Assembly (NCBI GenBank): GCA_033764015.1
Contig: JANRJK010000013.1
Location: 512,001-576,000 of the forward strand
DNA: 64,000 nt
Origin: Candidatus Sumerlaeia bacterium
Lineage (GTDB): Bacteria > Sumerlaeota > Sumerlaeia > SLMS01 > JANRJK01
Direction of reading: 5' to 3'
Every line of letters starts with the position of its first letter. The first letter of the stretch is position 1. This document shows positions 1 to 8,399 of this stretch, in pieces. The notes below the pieces were generated by a model. That model did not search any database and was not told the DNA's origin. It saw nothing but the letters and a program-made list of their open reading frames with translations. Made by a program: the position numbers and the translations under genes.

Positions 1-1
1 A

Positions 2-466
2 GCCCACGCCGACCACCCCACCCGGCTGCACCTCCGCGAGGACTCGCTGACGGACACCACCGACCCGCTGGACGAGTTCGCCTTCACGTGGGACGGAACG
101 AGCCCGCTCGTCGCGACCCTCTGCTGGACCGATCCGCCCGGGACCGCGCTCGACCCCTTGGCCGGCGTCGACCAAGGGTTGCGCCAGCTGGCGAACGATC
201 TCGACCTTTCGATCATCGGTCCCGACGCGACCGTCCACCGCCAGTTCCGGCTCGATGGCGCCAACCCCGCCGCCGCCGCGACCACCGGCGACAACGACGC
301 CGACAACATCCGCCAGGTCCGCATCGCCGCCCCCGCCGGCGGTACCACGGGTTGGACCCTCCGGATCGAATCCGACGGCGCGATCCTCGACGGCCCGCAG
401 GTGTATTCCCTCTTCCTGAGCGGCCAGTCCGACGCCGCCGGTGTGGAGGGTTGGCGGGTGTACTAA
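2..466 (+). CDS. C-terminal part of a probably secreted protein, likely an S8 (subtilase) peptidase C-terminal beta-sandwich domain; 5'-truncated by the window edge
   Basis: The frame is open from base 2. It translates to ...LVATLCWTDPPG...LANDLDLSIIGPD...GDNDADNIRQVRIAAP...PQVYSLFLSG, the pattern (TLxWTDPP, NDLDL, DNxEQV, QxYSL) typical of KP-43-like subtilase C-terminal domains. The catalytic domain is outside the window. Confidence 0.65.
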   Translation, partial: AHADHPTRLHLREDSLTDTTDPLDEFAFTWDGTSPLVATLCWTDPPGTALDPLAGVDQGLRQLANDLDLSIIGPDATVHRQFRLDGANPAAAATTGDNDADNIRQVRIAAPAGGTTGWTLRIESDGAILDGPQVYSLFLSGQSDAAGVEGWRVY

Positions 467-571
467 GACCCAACGGGGCGAACGCGCGGGGGGCGGACAA
501 TGCGCTTGTTACCCCCCGCGCGGCGCCGCCACGCTCTTGCGCTGATCCCACGCCCGGAGCGCTTCCGCCCG

Positions 572-1570
572 ATGCCCCTTCGCGATGCCAACGTCCTCAT
601 CACCGGAGGCACCGGCTCCTTCGGCAAGAAGTGCGTCGAGGTGCTGCTGCGCGAGTGCCCGCCGCGCCGCCTCGTCGTCTTCAGCCGCGACGAGCAGAAG
701 CACGTCGACATGATGCGCAACCACTTCCCGCCGGAGCGCTTCCCCCAGATGCGCTACTTCGTCGGCGACGTGCGCGACCGCGACCGCCTGGCGCGCGCGA
801 TGCGCGGCATCGACTTCGTCATCCACGCGGCCGCGATGAAGCACGTGGACTTCGCCGAGTACAACCCGCAGGAGTGCATCCACACCAACATCGGCGGCGC
901 CCAGAACGTGATCGACGCCGCGATCGACTGCGGCGTGAAGAAGGTCATCGCGCTTTCGACCGACAAGGCCGCCTCGCCGATCAACCTCTACGGCGCAACG
1001 AAGCTCTGCTCGGACAAGCTCTTCGTCGCCGCAAACCACCTCTCCGGCGCCACCGGGCCGCGATTCGCCGTGGTCCGCTACGGCAACGTCGTCGGCTCGA
1101 AGGGCAGCGTGATCCCGTTCTTCATCGAGAAGCGCAAGACGGGCGTCTTCCCCATCACGGACCCGCGCATGACGCGGTTCTGGATCACGCTTCAGCAGGG
1201 CGTCCAGCTCGTGCTGACGAGCTTCGAGACGATGAACGGCGGCGAGCTGTTCGTCCCCAAGATCCCCAGCATGAACATCATGGAACTGGCCGCCGCGGTC
1301 GGGCCGGAGTGCCGCACCGAGATCGTCGGCATCCGGCCGGGCGAGAAGCTCCACGAGTGCATGATCACCGTGGACGACGCGCGCCACACGATCGACTGCG
1401 GCGAGTACTACGTGATCCAGCCGGCGTTCCACTGGTGGCAGCGCGAGTGGACCGCGAAGCACGGCGGCAAGCCCGTCGCCGAGGACTTCACCTACTCGAG
1501 CGACATCAACACGGAGTGGCTCGACCGCGAGGCGCTCCGCCGCATGATCGACACCCTGGAGATCGTCTGA
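572..1570 (+). CDS. pseB: UDP-N-acetylglucosamine 4,6-dehydratase (inverting), PseB
   Basis: Motifs ITGGTGSFG, FSRDE, HAAAMKHV, EYNP, LSTDKA, NLYGATK, VRYGNVVGS, TDPRMTRFWI, GIRPGEKLHE. ATG at 572 chosen over the upstream ORF-track start. Confidence 0.93.
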   Translation: MPLRDANVLITGGTGSFGKKCVEVLLRECPPRRLVVFSRDEQKHVDMMRNHFPPERFPQMRYFVGDVRDRDRLARAMRGIDFVIHAAAMKHVDFAEYNPQECIHTNIGGAQNVIDAAIDCGVKKVIALSTDKAASPINLYGATKLCSDKLFVAANHLSGATGPRFAVVRYGNVVGSKGSVIPFFIEKRKTGVFPITDPRMTRFWITLQQGVQLVLTSFETMNGGELFVPKIPSMNIMELAAAVGPECRTEIVGIRPGEKLHECMITVDDARHTIDCGEYYVIQPAFHWWQREWTAKHGGKPVAEDFTYSSDINTEWLDREALRRMIDTLEIV

Positions 1571-1580
1571 GCCCCGAGCC

Positions 1581-2804
1581 ATGGCCGACGCGTTCCTGCC
1601 CTACGGGCGGCACTGGATCGAGGATGACGACATCGCCGCCGTGGCGGAGGTGTTGCGCGGCGATTGGCTGACGCAGGGCCCCAAGGTCGCCGAGTTCGAG
1701 GAAGCGGTCGCGGCGAAGGTCGGCGCGCGCCACGCGGTCGCGTTCAACTCCGGCACCTCGGCGCTGCACGGGGCGATCCTCGCCGCGGGCATCGGCACCG
1801 GCGCGGGCGGACGCTCGGACGACGAGTGCGCCAGCCCCGCCGTCAGCTTCCTCGCCACCGCCAACTGCGCGCTCCACGCGGGCGCCAAGCCCGTCTTCGC
1901 CGACGTGGACGCCCTGTCGGTGCATTCCTCGCCGGCGCACTTCGAGGCGGTCCTCACGGAGCGCACCCGCGCGGTGATGCCGGTGCACTTCGCGGGCCAC
2001 GCGGTGGACATGCCCGGCATCGCGGAACTGGTCCGCCGCCGCGCCCCGGGCGCGGTGATCATCGAGGACGCCTGCCACGCGCCGGGGGCGCTCCACGCGG
2101 ACGGCTCGCCGGTGGGGTCGCTGCGCTACGGCGACATGGTGATGTTCAGCTTCCACCCGGTTAAGCACGCCGCGGCGGGGGAGGGCGGCGTGATCACCTG
2201 CGACCGCGACGACCTCGCGGCGGGTCTGCGGCTCTACCGGAGCCACGGCATGGTGAAGGACCCCGCGCTGCTCGAGCGCCCGGCCGAAGGGCCGTGGTAC
2301 TACGAGATGCACGAGCTCGGCTACAACTTCCGAATGCCCGACATGAACGCGGCGCTCGGGCTGTCGCAGTGGCGCAAGCTCGATCGCTTCGTCGCGCGCC
2401 GGCGCGAGTTGGCCGCCTACTACCACGGCGCCTTCGCCGACGCGGAAGCGCGCGGGCTGCTCCGCCGCCCGCCCACCGGCGCTGACCCCGGGCGCGAGGC
2501 GGACCCCACCGCGCACCGCAACTCGTGGCACATCTACATCCTCCACATCGACTTCGCGCGCGTCGGCAAGCCGCGCACGCAGGTCGTCGCCGAGCTCCGC
2601 GCGCGCGGCGTCGGCACGCAGGTGCACTACTTCCCGGTGCCGCTCCAGCCCTACTACCGGCGCCTTCTTGGCGACCAGGCGGGGCTCTTACCGGGCGCGG
2701 AGCGCCACTATGCGGAGGCGCTCACGATCCCGCTCTTCCCGCTGATGACGGACGCGGACGCCGCGCGCGTCGCGGCGGCGGTCCACGAGGTGCTCGGCGC
2801 GTGA
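1581..2804 (+). CDS. pseC: PLP-dependent sugar aminotransferase PseC (DegT/DnrJ family)
   Basis: LPYGRHWI, WLTQGP, NSGTSALH, IEDACHA, FSFHPVK (PLP lysine), GEGG, WYYEM.ELGYNFR, GTQVHY. Directly follows pseB. Confidence 0.92.
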   Translation: MADAFLPYGRHWIEDDDIAAVAEVLRGDWLTQGPKVAEFEEAVAAKVGARHAVAFNSGTSALHGAILAAGIGTGAGGRSDDECASPAVSFLATANCALHAGAKPVFADVDALSVHSSPAHFEAVLTERTRAVMPVHFAGHAVDMPGIAELVRRRAPGAVIIEDACHAPGALHADGSPVGSLRYGDMVMFSFHPVKHAAAGEGGVITCDRDDLAAGLRLYRSHGMVKDPALLERPAEGPWYYEMHELGYNFRMPDMNAALGLSQWRKLDRFVARRRELAAYYHGAFADAEARGLLRRPPTGADPGREADPTAHRNSWHIYILHIDFARVGKPRTQVVAELRARGVGTQVHYFPVPLQPYYRRLLGDQAGLLPGAERHYAEALTIPLFPLMTDADAARVAAAVHEVLGA

Positions 2805-3538
2805 GCGGCCGCACCATAGCGATCATCCAGGCGCGCGCGGGCTCGACGCGCCTGCCGCGCAAGGTGCTGATGCCGCTCGAAGGCGTACCGATGCTGGCGC
2901 ATCTGGTGGCGCGCGTCCGCGCGGTGCCGGCGCTGGCCGCGGTCGTGGTCGCGACCTCGACGCTGGACCGCGACGACGATGTGGCGGCGGTCGCCCGCGA
3001 GGCGGGCGCTGAGGTGTTCCGCGGCAGCGAGGGCGACGTGCTCTCGCGCTACCACGAAGCGGCCCGCGAGTTCCAGGCGACCACTGTGGTCCGCATCACC
3101 GGCGACTGCCCGCTCTACGACGGCGGGCTGCTGGCCGAGATGCTCGCACGCCGCGCGGCGCTCTCGCCGCACTCCTACTACAGCAACGCGTTCCGGCGCA
3201 CATATCCGCGGGGACTCGACACGGAGATCTTCGAGCGCGAGACGCTCGAACTGGTCCACCGCTTGGCGGACGACCCCGCCGAGCGGGAGCACGTCACGGC
3301 CTTCCTTTGGCGCCGGCCGACGGTGTTCGAGTGCGTGAACCACGAGAACCCCGAGGGCGACTGGTCGCACTGGCGTTGGACCGTGGACACGCCGGAGGAC
3401 TTCGCGATGGTGACGCGCGTTTATGCGGAGCTTTACCCGCGGGCGCCGCTGTTCGATCGTCACGCGGTGGCGGAGCTCCTCCGCGCCCGGCCGGAGATCG
3501 CCGCGATCAACTCGGAAGTGGCCCAGAAGCCCGTCTAG
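2801..3538 (+). CDS. pseF: Acylneuraminate cytidylyltransferase family protein (SpsF-type; PseF role)
   Basis: IIQARAGSTRLPRKVL, FRGSEGDVLSRY, VRITGDCP, YPRGLDTE, REHVT, RWTVDTPED. GTG start overlaps the pseC stop (GTGA). Confidence 0.8.
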   Translation: MSGRTIAIIQARAGSTRLPRKVLMPLEGVPMLAHLVARVRAVPALAAVVVATSTLDRDDDVAAVAREAGAEVFRGSEGDVLSRYHEAAREFQATTVVRITGDCPLYDGGLLAEMLARRAALSPHSYYSNAFRRTYPRGLDTEIFERETLELVHRLADDPAEREHVTAFLWRRPTVFECVNHENPEGDWSHWRWTVDTPEDFAMVTRVYAELYPRAPLFDRHAVAELLRARPEIAAINSEVAQKPV

Positions 3539-3541
3539 CCC

Positions 3542-5074
3542 ATGCCCCCCCTTCGCAAAGTCCTGATCCGCGCGGACGCATCGCCGGACATCGGCCTCGG
3601 CCATGTGATGCGCTCCCTCGCACTGGCGCGCGCGCTCGCCGCAAAACGCCGCGAGGTGGTGTTCGCCTCGCGCGCCGCGACGGGAATCGCGCAACAACTC
3701 ATCGAAGCGGCGGGCTTCCCGCACCGCCAGCTCTCCGCGGACCTGCGGGAGTCCGTCGACGCGGAAGGCACGCTCGCCGCCGCCAAGGCGGAGGGCGCGG
3801 GGATGGTCGTGGTGGACCACTACGGTGCCGGCGCCGAATGGTACCGCCGCGTTGGCACCGAGCTGCCACTCGCGGTGATCGACGACTTCGGCGACCCCGC
3901 CGCAGCCGAGCACGCCGCGCTTGTCCTCAACCAGAGCCCCGCCGCCGACGCCTCCATCTACCGCGACAAGCCGCTGCTCCTCTGCGGCGCCCGCTACGCC
4001 ATGCTCCGCGACAGCATCGTGGACCTGCGCATCCGCCGGAAGGCCCGGGGCTGCGACTCGGACACCGGGCGCGTACTGGTCACCTACGGCGGCGCCGACC
4101 CGCGGGGGATGACGCCGCGCATCGTCGAGGCGCTACGCGGACTCGCGGCGATCAGGAAACTCGTTGTCGTCACCGGCCCCGCTTATCGGCAGCGGGAAGC
4201 CATGGCGGCGCTCGTCTCGGAGATTCCCGGCGCCGAGTACCGCCACGCCGTCCCAGACCTCACCACGTACCTGGTCGACGCGGACGTCGCCGTCACCGCG
4301 GGAGGCACCACGCTCCACGAGGCCATGTGCATCGGCGTCCCCTGCGTCGTGATCGAGGCCGCCTCGAACCAGCACGGGCAGATCGTCGAGCACGCGCAGG
4401 CCGGCGCGATCAAGGCCCTCGGGCCGGTGGACCGCTTCGAGGCCGCCGCGCTCCGCGCCGCCGTCGAGGAGTTGCTCGCCGACCCCGCTGCCCGCTCGCG
4501 CATGGCCCACGAGGCCCGCACCATCGTCGATGGATACGGAGCCCAGCGCGTCGCCGAGGGTCTCCTCAACTCGCTCCGCCGCGACGTGCCGATCCTCCAC
4601 TCCACGCCCGGAATCCAGATGCGCCCCGCCAGCATGGACGACGCGGAGCTGCTCCTCAACTGGCGCAACGACCCGCTCACGCGCCTCATGTCGCTCTCCG
4701 CCGACGAGGTGACGCTCGAGGAGCACCTTCGCTGGCTGGAAGGAACGCTCAAGCGCACCGACCGCGAGCTGCTCATCGGCGAGTTCCAGGGCGAGGCCGT
4801 CGGCCTCGGGCGCCACGACTACTTCGGCCAGAACGATTCGCTGCTGAACATCAACATGAACAGCCTCGCGCGCGGGCGCGGCTTCGCCGTGGGCCTCCTC
4901 GGCGCCGCCATGCGCTGGCCCGCTGCGAAGCGCGGCCCCACCTTGATCCACGGACACGTCTTCCCCGAAAACTCCGCCTCGCAGCGCATGGTCCAGCAGA
5001 ACGGGATGGCGCGCCACGGCTACGTCAAGGTGCGCGGCGGCTGGGCCGTGCATTGGACCAGATTGATGAAGTGA
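3542..5074 (+). CDS. pseG: PseG UDP-sugar hydrolase fused to a C-terminal GNAT acetyltransferase (PseH-like)
   Basis: N-terminal IRADASPDIGLGHVMRSLALA, VVDHY, VIDD, VTYGGADP, TAGGTTLHE, NQ. C-terminal MRPASMDDAELLLNWRNDP...EEHLRW...RGRG...PENSASQR is a GNAT pattern. Confidence 0.85.
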   Translation: MPPLRKVLIRADASPDIGLGHVMRSLALARALAAKRREVVFASRAATGIAQQLIEAAGFPHRQLSADLRESVDAEGTLAAAKAEGAGMVVVDHYGAGAEWYRRVGTELPLAVIDDFGDPAAAEHAALVLNQSPAADASIYRDKPLLLCGARYAMLRDSIVDLRIRRKARGCDSDTGRVLVTYGGADPRGMTPRIVEALRGLAAIRKLVVVTGPAYRQREAMAALVSEIPGAEYRHAVPDLTTYLVDADVAVTAGGTTLHEAMCIGVPCVVIEAASNQHGQIVEHAQAGAIKALGPVDRFEAAALRAAVEELLADPAARSRMAHEARTIVDGYGAQRVAEGLLNSLRRDVPILHSTPGIQMRPASMDDAELLLNWRNDPLTRLMSLSADEVTLEEHLRWLEGTLKRTDRELLIGEFQGEAVGLGRHDYFGQNDSLLNINMNSLARGRGFAVGLLGAAMRWPAAKRGPTLIHGHVFPENSASQRMVQQNGMARHGYVKVRGGWAVHWTRLMK

Positions 5075-5084
5075 GGAGCGCGCC

Positions 5085-6131
5085 ATGACCTTCGAAATCG
5101 CCGGACGCCGCATCGGGCCGGGCGAGCCCGCCTTCATTATCGCCGAGCTTTCCGCCAACCACAACGGCTCCCTGGAGCACGCCTGCCTCGTGATCGAGGA
5201 AGCCGCCCGCTGCGGCGCCGACGCGGTGAAGCTCCAGACCTACACCGCCGACACCATCACGCTCGATTGCGACGCGCCGCCGTTCCGCATCCCCGGCGAG
5301 GGCCTCTGGGCGAACCGCACGCTGCACGACCTCTACAAGGAAGCCTACACGCCGTGGGAGTGGCACGCGCGGCTCCGCGACTGCGCGCACGCGAACGGAC
5401 TCATCATCTTCTCCTCGCCGTTCGATCCCACCGCCGTGGACTTCCTCCACGAGCTGGGCATGCCGGCGTTCAAGGTCGCCAGCTTCGAACTCACCGACGT
5501 TCCGCTTATCGCGTACGCCGCGCGCCTCGGCAAGCCCCTCATCATGTCCACCGGCATGGCGGTCGAATCCGAGATCCAGGACGCCGTGGACGCCGTGCGC
5601 CGGACGGGCAACCAGCAGCTCGCGCTGCTGAAGTGCACCAGCTCCTACCCCGCGCCCGCCGCAGAGGCGAACCTGCGCACGATCCCTGCCCTCGCGGAGC
5701 GCTTCGGCGTGGTGGCGGGCCTGTCGGACCACACCATGGGCCCCGCGGTGCCCGTGGCGGCGGTGGCGCTCGGCGCTTGCATCATTGAGAAGCACTTCTG
5801 CCTCTCCCGCTCCGAGGGCGGCCCCGACTCGGCCTTCTCGCTCGAACCGCCGGAACTCCGCCAACTCGTCGCGGACATCCGCACCGCGGAGGAATCGCTA
5901 GGCCGCGCGCAGTTTGAGCCGACCGCGAAGGAACTGCTCGCGCGTGGCTACCGGCGCTCGCTCTTCGCGGTCGAGGACATCGCGGCGGGGGAGGAGCTGA
6001 CGGCGAAGAACGTGCGCTCGATCCGCCCCGGCCACGGCCTCGCGCCGAAGCACCTGCCCGAGGTCCTCGGCAGGCGCGCGAAGGTGGCGATCCAGCGCGG
6101 GACGCCGCTGGGGTGGGAGTTGGTGGTGTAG
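5085..6131 (+). CDS. pseI: Pseudaminic acid synthase (NeuB family with C-terminal SAF domain)
   Basis: IIAELSANHNGSL, AVKLQTYTADTIT, AYTPWEWH, FSSPFD, KVASFE, STGMA, LKCTSSYP, GLSDHT, IEKHF, RRSLF, VRSIRPG. Confidence 0.93.
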   Translation: MTFEIAGRRIGPGEPAFIIAELSANHNGSLEHACLVIEEAARCGADAVKLQTYTADTITLDCDAPPFRIPGEGLWANRTLHDLYKEAYTPWEWHARLRDCAHANGLIIFSSPFDPTAVDFLHELGMPAFKVASFELTDVPLIAYAARLGKPLIMSTGMAVESEIQDAVDAVRRTGNQQLALLKCTSSYPAPAAEANLRTIPALAERFGVVAGLSDHTMGPAVPVAAVALGACIIEKHFCLSRSEGGPDSAFSLEPPELRQLVADIRTAEESLGRAQFEPTAKELLARGYRRSLFAVEDIAAGEELTAKNVRSIRPGHGLAPKHLPEVLGRRAKVAIQRGTPLGWELVV

Positions 6132-6156
6132 ACCACCCACCCGCACGGCTCCCCAC

Positions 6157-6825
6157 TCAGGGATCGACGTGGATGCCTAGGCCGGCTGCGGCGATTCCGG
6201 CGAGCAGTGAGACAACGATGAGGACGGTTCCGAGCGCGGACTCGATCGCTCGGGGAGTCAGCGGTGTTGGCGGCTCCGCGCCGCGACCTCTCACGAACAC
6301 GTCGGCGAGCATCCGCAGCCTGCTGTCCGACAGGACACCCAGCCCCAGCACAAACATCGGCGCGGCGGCGTCCACCGCGAACGAGTCCACCCTCACCTTC
6401 ACCACCGCGCCGGCAACCATGAACGCGACGATGACCGCGATCGGCGCAACGACCGAGGCGCGGGCGCGCGCGTTGTCTCCCTCCAGTGCCCGCGCGAACC
6501 ACGCTCCGATCCGAAGATTCGGGACGGCGCCGATCAGGAGGGCGGATACGAAGAGCGCCTCCCACAGTCTGAAGAGGATGGGCGGATCTGTGTGGTGGAA
6601 GTCGTGGACGAGCGCGAACACGGTCCAAGACGCATACAATAGGAATGCGGTGGTGCGGAGTCGCCGCCGCGAACCCTCAAGGACGCGTAGTTCGGCCGGT
6701 GCCTCGCGCTGCGTCTGCTTCGGGAAAACCGGCCGAACATAAGGCGAGAGGAAGTACCACAGCGGGGGGCTCGCGATCAGTACCACCAACGCAGCTGCGG
6801 TCAGCCCCTCGATAAGCCTGTCCAT
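6157..6825 (-). CDS. Hypothetical multi-pass membrane protein
   Basis: About 6 hydrophobic segments. ATG preceded by GGAGG. Fills the gap between pseI and guaA. No family recognised. Confidence 0.65.
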   Translation of the reverse strand: MDRLIEGLTAAALVVLIASPPLWYFLSPYVRPVFPKQTQREAPAELRVLEGSRRRLRTTAFLLYASWTVFALVHDFHHTDPPILFRLWEALFVSALLIGAVPNLRIGAWFARALEGDNARARASVVAPIAVIVAFMVAGAVVKVRVDSFAVDAAAPMFVLGLGVLSDSRLRMLADVFVRGRGAEPPTPLTPRAIESALGTVLIVVSLLAGIAAAGLGIHVDP

Positions 6826-6861
6826 CTGCGCCCACCTCCCTCACGCGGGTCTCTCGACCCC

Positions 6862-8385
6862 TCACTCCCACTCAATCGTCCCCGGCGGCTTCGATGTGAT
6901 GTCGTACACCACGCGGTTCACGCCGCGGACTTCATTGGCGATGCGGTTCGAGATGCGGCCGAGGACGTCGTAGGGGAGCTGCGCCCAGTCCGCCGTCATG
7001 CCGTCCGTGCTAGTGACGACGCGGACGGCGACGACTTGCCCGTAGGTGCGTTCGTCGCCCTGCACGCCGACGCTGCGCACCGGGAGGAGCACCGCGAACG
7101 CCTGCCACGTCTGGTCGAAGTACAAGTCCGAGCGCTTCAGCTCATCCACCACGATGTGGTCGCACTGGCGCAGCAGGTCGAGGGACTCCTGCTCGGCGGG
7201 GCCGAGAACGCGGATCGCGAGGCCGGGGCCGGGGAACGGGTGGCGCCAAAGGACTTCCTTCGGCAGCCCGAGCATGCAGCCCACCTCGCGGACCTCGTCC
7301 TTGAACAGCTCCTTGAGAGGCTCGACGATGCGCCCCTCCTTCATGAGGCCGAGCACCTCGGCGACGCGGTTGTGGTGCGTCTTGATGACGGCGCTGGGGC
7401 CGCTGGTCGAGACGCTTTCGATCACGTCCGGGTAAAGCGTGCCCTGGGCGAGCAGGTCGCCTTCGCCGATGCGTTCGCGGAGCACCTCGATGAAGACGCG
7501 CCCGATGATGCGGCGCTTCTCCTCCGGGTCCGAGACGCCCTTGAGCGGCTCGAGGAAGCGCCCGCGGGCGTCGATCAGGTCGACTTTGATGCCGACGCTC
7601 TCGAACATGGCGAGCACCTGTTCCGTCTCGCCGAGGCGGAGCAGCCCGTTGTCCACGAAGAAGCAATCGAGCTGCGCGCCGATGGCCTTGTGCAGCAGCG
7701 CGGCCATCACGGTGGAATCGACGCCGCCGGAGACCGCGGCGACGACGCGCCGGGCGCCGACCTCCGCGCGGATGGCGGCGACGTGCTCGCCGATCCAGTC
7801 GCCCAGCTCCCAGGTGCGTGCGGCTTGGCAGATCTTGAGCGCGAAGTTGGCGAGCATCATGTCGCCGCGCTCCGTGTGGTGCACCTCCGGGTGGAACTGC
7901 ACGCCCCACCAGCGGCGCGACTCGTGGCGCATGGCGCCGGGGCAGGCGTCCGTGGTGGCGAGCGCGCGCCAGCCGTCGGGCAGCTCGCGCACCGCGTCGC
8001 GGTGGCTCATCCAGACGTGCGTCTGGTGCTCGACGCCGTCGAAGAGCGGGTCGCGGGCGGTCTTGGTGAGGAGCGTGCGCCCGTACTCGCCCTTGGCGCC
8101 GGGGCCGACGCTGCCGGGCTTCGCCGCGTGCGCGAGCGCCTGCATCCCGTAGCAGATTCCGAGGATCGGCACGTCGAGCGACAACACCGCGGGATCGAGC
8201 TGCGGAGCGCCGGACGCGTGGACGCTGGCGGGTCCGCCGGACAGGATCAGGCCCTCGGGGGCCAGCTCGCGGAGCTTCTCCGCCGGCGTGTTGAACGGGA
8301 CGATGCGCGCGGGGACGCCGAGCTGGCGCACCTTGCGGGCGATGAGCTGGTTGTACTGCGCGCCGAAGTCGAGGATCAGGATCAT
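6862..8385 (-). CDS. guaA: GMP synthase (glutamine-hydrolysing)
   Basis: MILILDFGAQY, LSGGP, LGICYGMQ, WMSH, QFHPEV, SGGVDS, QGTLYPDVIES, IKTHHN, HPFPGPGL, and C-terminal YDITSKPPGTIEWE. Confidence 0.97.
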   Translation of the reverse strand: MILILDFGAQYNQLIARKVRQLGVPARIVPFNTPAEKLRELAPEGLILSGGPASVHASGAPQLDPAVLSLDVPILGICYGMQALAHAAKPGSVGPGAKGEYGRTLLTKTARDPLFDGVEHQTHVWMSHRDAVRELPDGWRALATTDACPGAMRHESRRWWGVQFHPEVHHTERGDMMLANFALKICQAARTWELGDWIGEHVAAIRAEVGARRVVAAVSGGVDSTVMAALLHKAIGAQLDCFFVDNGLLRLGETEQVLAMFESVGIKVDLIDARGRFLEPLKGVSDPEEKRRIIGRVFIEVLRERIGEGDLLAQGTLYPDVIESVSTSGPSAVIKTHHNRVAEVLGLMKEGRIVEPLKELFKDEVREVGCMLGLPKEVLWRHPFPGPGLAIRVLGPAEQESLDLLRQCDHIVVDELKRSDLYFDQTWQAFAVLLPVRSVGVQGDERTYGQVVAVRVVTSTDGMTADWAQLPYDVLGRISNRIANEVRGVNRVVYDITSKPPGTIEWE

Positions 8386-8399
8386 CGGGTCCGCCCGCC

